Assembly: GCA_047516405.1 (NCBI GenBank)
Contig: JAKZUU010000033.1
Location: forward strand, 1-61,317
Origin: Nitrosopumilus sp.
Lineage (GTDB): Archaea; Thermoproteota; Nitrososphaeria; Nitrososphaerales; Nitrosopumilaceae
Direction of reading: 5' to 3'
Length of the DNA: 61,317 bases
Part shown: piece by piece, positions 60,397-61,317 of the stretch
How positions within the stretch are numbered: the stretch's first letter is position 1
Layout: every line of letters begins with the position of its first letter
Program-made: the position numbers and the translations under genes
The notes under the pieces: model-generated
The model's input: only the letters and a program-made list of their open reading frames with translations
Databases searched by the model: none
What the model was told of the DNA's origin: nothing

Positions 60397-61317
60397 ATGA
60401 GGGCCTCAGACGGACGTGGATGGAGCAGGCCCGGTACCCTGCCGACGGGCAATGACTTCCTGCCCGATACAGACGCACAGATCCTTCTGGAGATGATTGC
60501 AGCCTGCCCATCGGGGAAGGCAAGGGACATCCTGAGAGCCTGCTACGAGAGGAAGATCAACGCGAGCATACGCAGGATACGGGATCTGCTGATGCGGCCG
60601 TACTCTACTGTGCGGGAGTGGCTTTGGAGGATGCACGAGCGCGGGCTGGACAACATATCTGACAGAAAGCCACCGGGCGCAAGTGGCATACTGGGACCAG
60701 AGGAGATCGAGATTGTCAGGGAGACACTGCGCCAGCCACCGACCGAACACGGATTCGAGCAGGGGGCATGGCTTCTGCGCATGATCGCAGAGGTCATCAC
60801 AAAAAAGCTGAAAAAACATTGCAGGCCACGTACAATACGGAGGCTCCTGCGTAGGATGGGATTCTCGTACGTAAAGCCCAGAACCGTTCCGCACAAGTCC
60901 GCCTCCAAAATGGAGCAGGAGGAGTTCATGCAGCAGTGCAAACAGCTGGTCAGTGAAAAGTCAGCAGAGGATTACACAATGCTGGCACAGGACGAGGCAG
61001 GCGTGCAGTTGGGAGCCTGCGGCAGGTACGGCTGGCGGTTCAAAGCCGACGGGTGCGAGGTCGGCGTCGGATTCTCCACCAAGGAGACAAGAATCATCGG
61101 AGCAGTTGGCCCTGACGCAGTCCACGTAAAGGTGGTTGAGAGCGTAAACGCAGACACCTTCATAGAGTTTCTCAATGAAATGCGGCAGATATACAAAAAA
61201 TTCGTCATGTTCCTTGACAACCTTTCTGCGCACAAGGCTGCCAAGGTGTCCAAATACATCGAGTCCACTGACGGGGATGTTATTTTGGTGTACCTGCCCA
61301 AGTACACCCCGCAGCTT
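60397..61317 (+). CDS. IS630-family transposase (runs off the window end)
   Basis: Manual translation gives 307 uninterrupted codons: HTH STVREW, winged HTH LLRRMGFSYVKPR, QDEA, FLDN, YLPKYTPQL; absent from the ORF track because no stop is reached. Confidence 0.92.
   Translation, partial: MRASDGRGWSRPGTLPTGNDFLPDTDAQILLEMIAACPSGKARDILRACYERKINASIRRIRDLLMRPYSTVREWLWRMHERGLDNISDRKPPGASGILGPEEIEIVRETLRQPPTEHGFEQGAWLLRMIAEVITKKLKKHCRPRTIRRLLRRMGFSYVKPRTVPHKSASKMEQEEFMQQCKQLVSEKSAEDYTMLAQDEAGVQLGACGRYGWRFKADGCEVGVGFSTKETRIIGAVGPDAVHVKVVESVNADTFIEFLNEMRQIYKKFVMFLDNLSAHKAAKVSKYIESTDGDVILVYLPKYTPQL

Noticed and set aside
60264..61307. Minus-strand ORFs listed in the track (88, 162, 132, 90, 111 aa)
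   Set aside because: Antisense shadows of the GC-rich IS630 transposase on the + strand.

Overview
AT-rich archaeal chromosome segment, most consistent with a marine Nitrosopumilaceae (ammonia-oxidising Thaumarchaeota/Nitrososphaerota); IS load and decayed spacers suggest a host-associated lineage, but that is inference. The backbone carries an S8 protease, a complex III module (Rieske, cytochrome b, cupredoxin), an FTR1 iron permease with a hydantoinase-like gene next to tRNA-Arg, a tRNA-modification cluster (tgtA, ychF, kae1, bud32, rdgB, taw1, dus), three tandem secreted proteins built entirely of thrombospondin type-3 repeats, PII, TBP, MoxR/VWA, the rps15-DHH-pcc1-serS-rps3ae cluster, aglB, a decaying glycosylation locus and tRNA-Gln. 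Main observations: (1) a 3.2-kb IS5/IS903-like element with 17-bp terminal inverted repeats (TIRs) and an exact 9-bp target-site duplication (TSD), whose transposase 3' half is replaced by a pseudogenised Cache-HAMP-adenylate cyclase cargo, inserted at the serS stop codon; (2) a putative box C/D sRNA whose guide predicts methylation of the 23S P-loop G2251; (3) candidate amoY/amoZ genes with no amoABCX in the window; (4) higher-order repeat structure and recent homogenisation in the TSP3 genes; (5) an IS630 transposase missed by the ORF track, abutting a truncated IS481. All family calls come from motif recognition; no searches were run.
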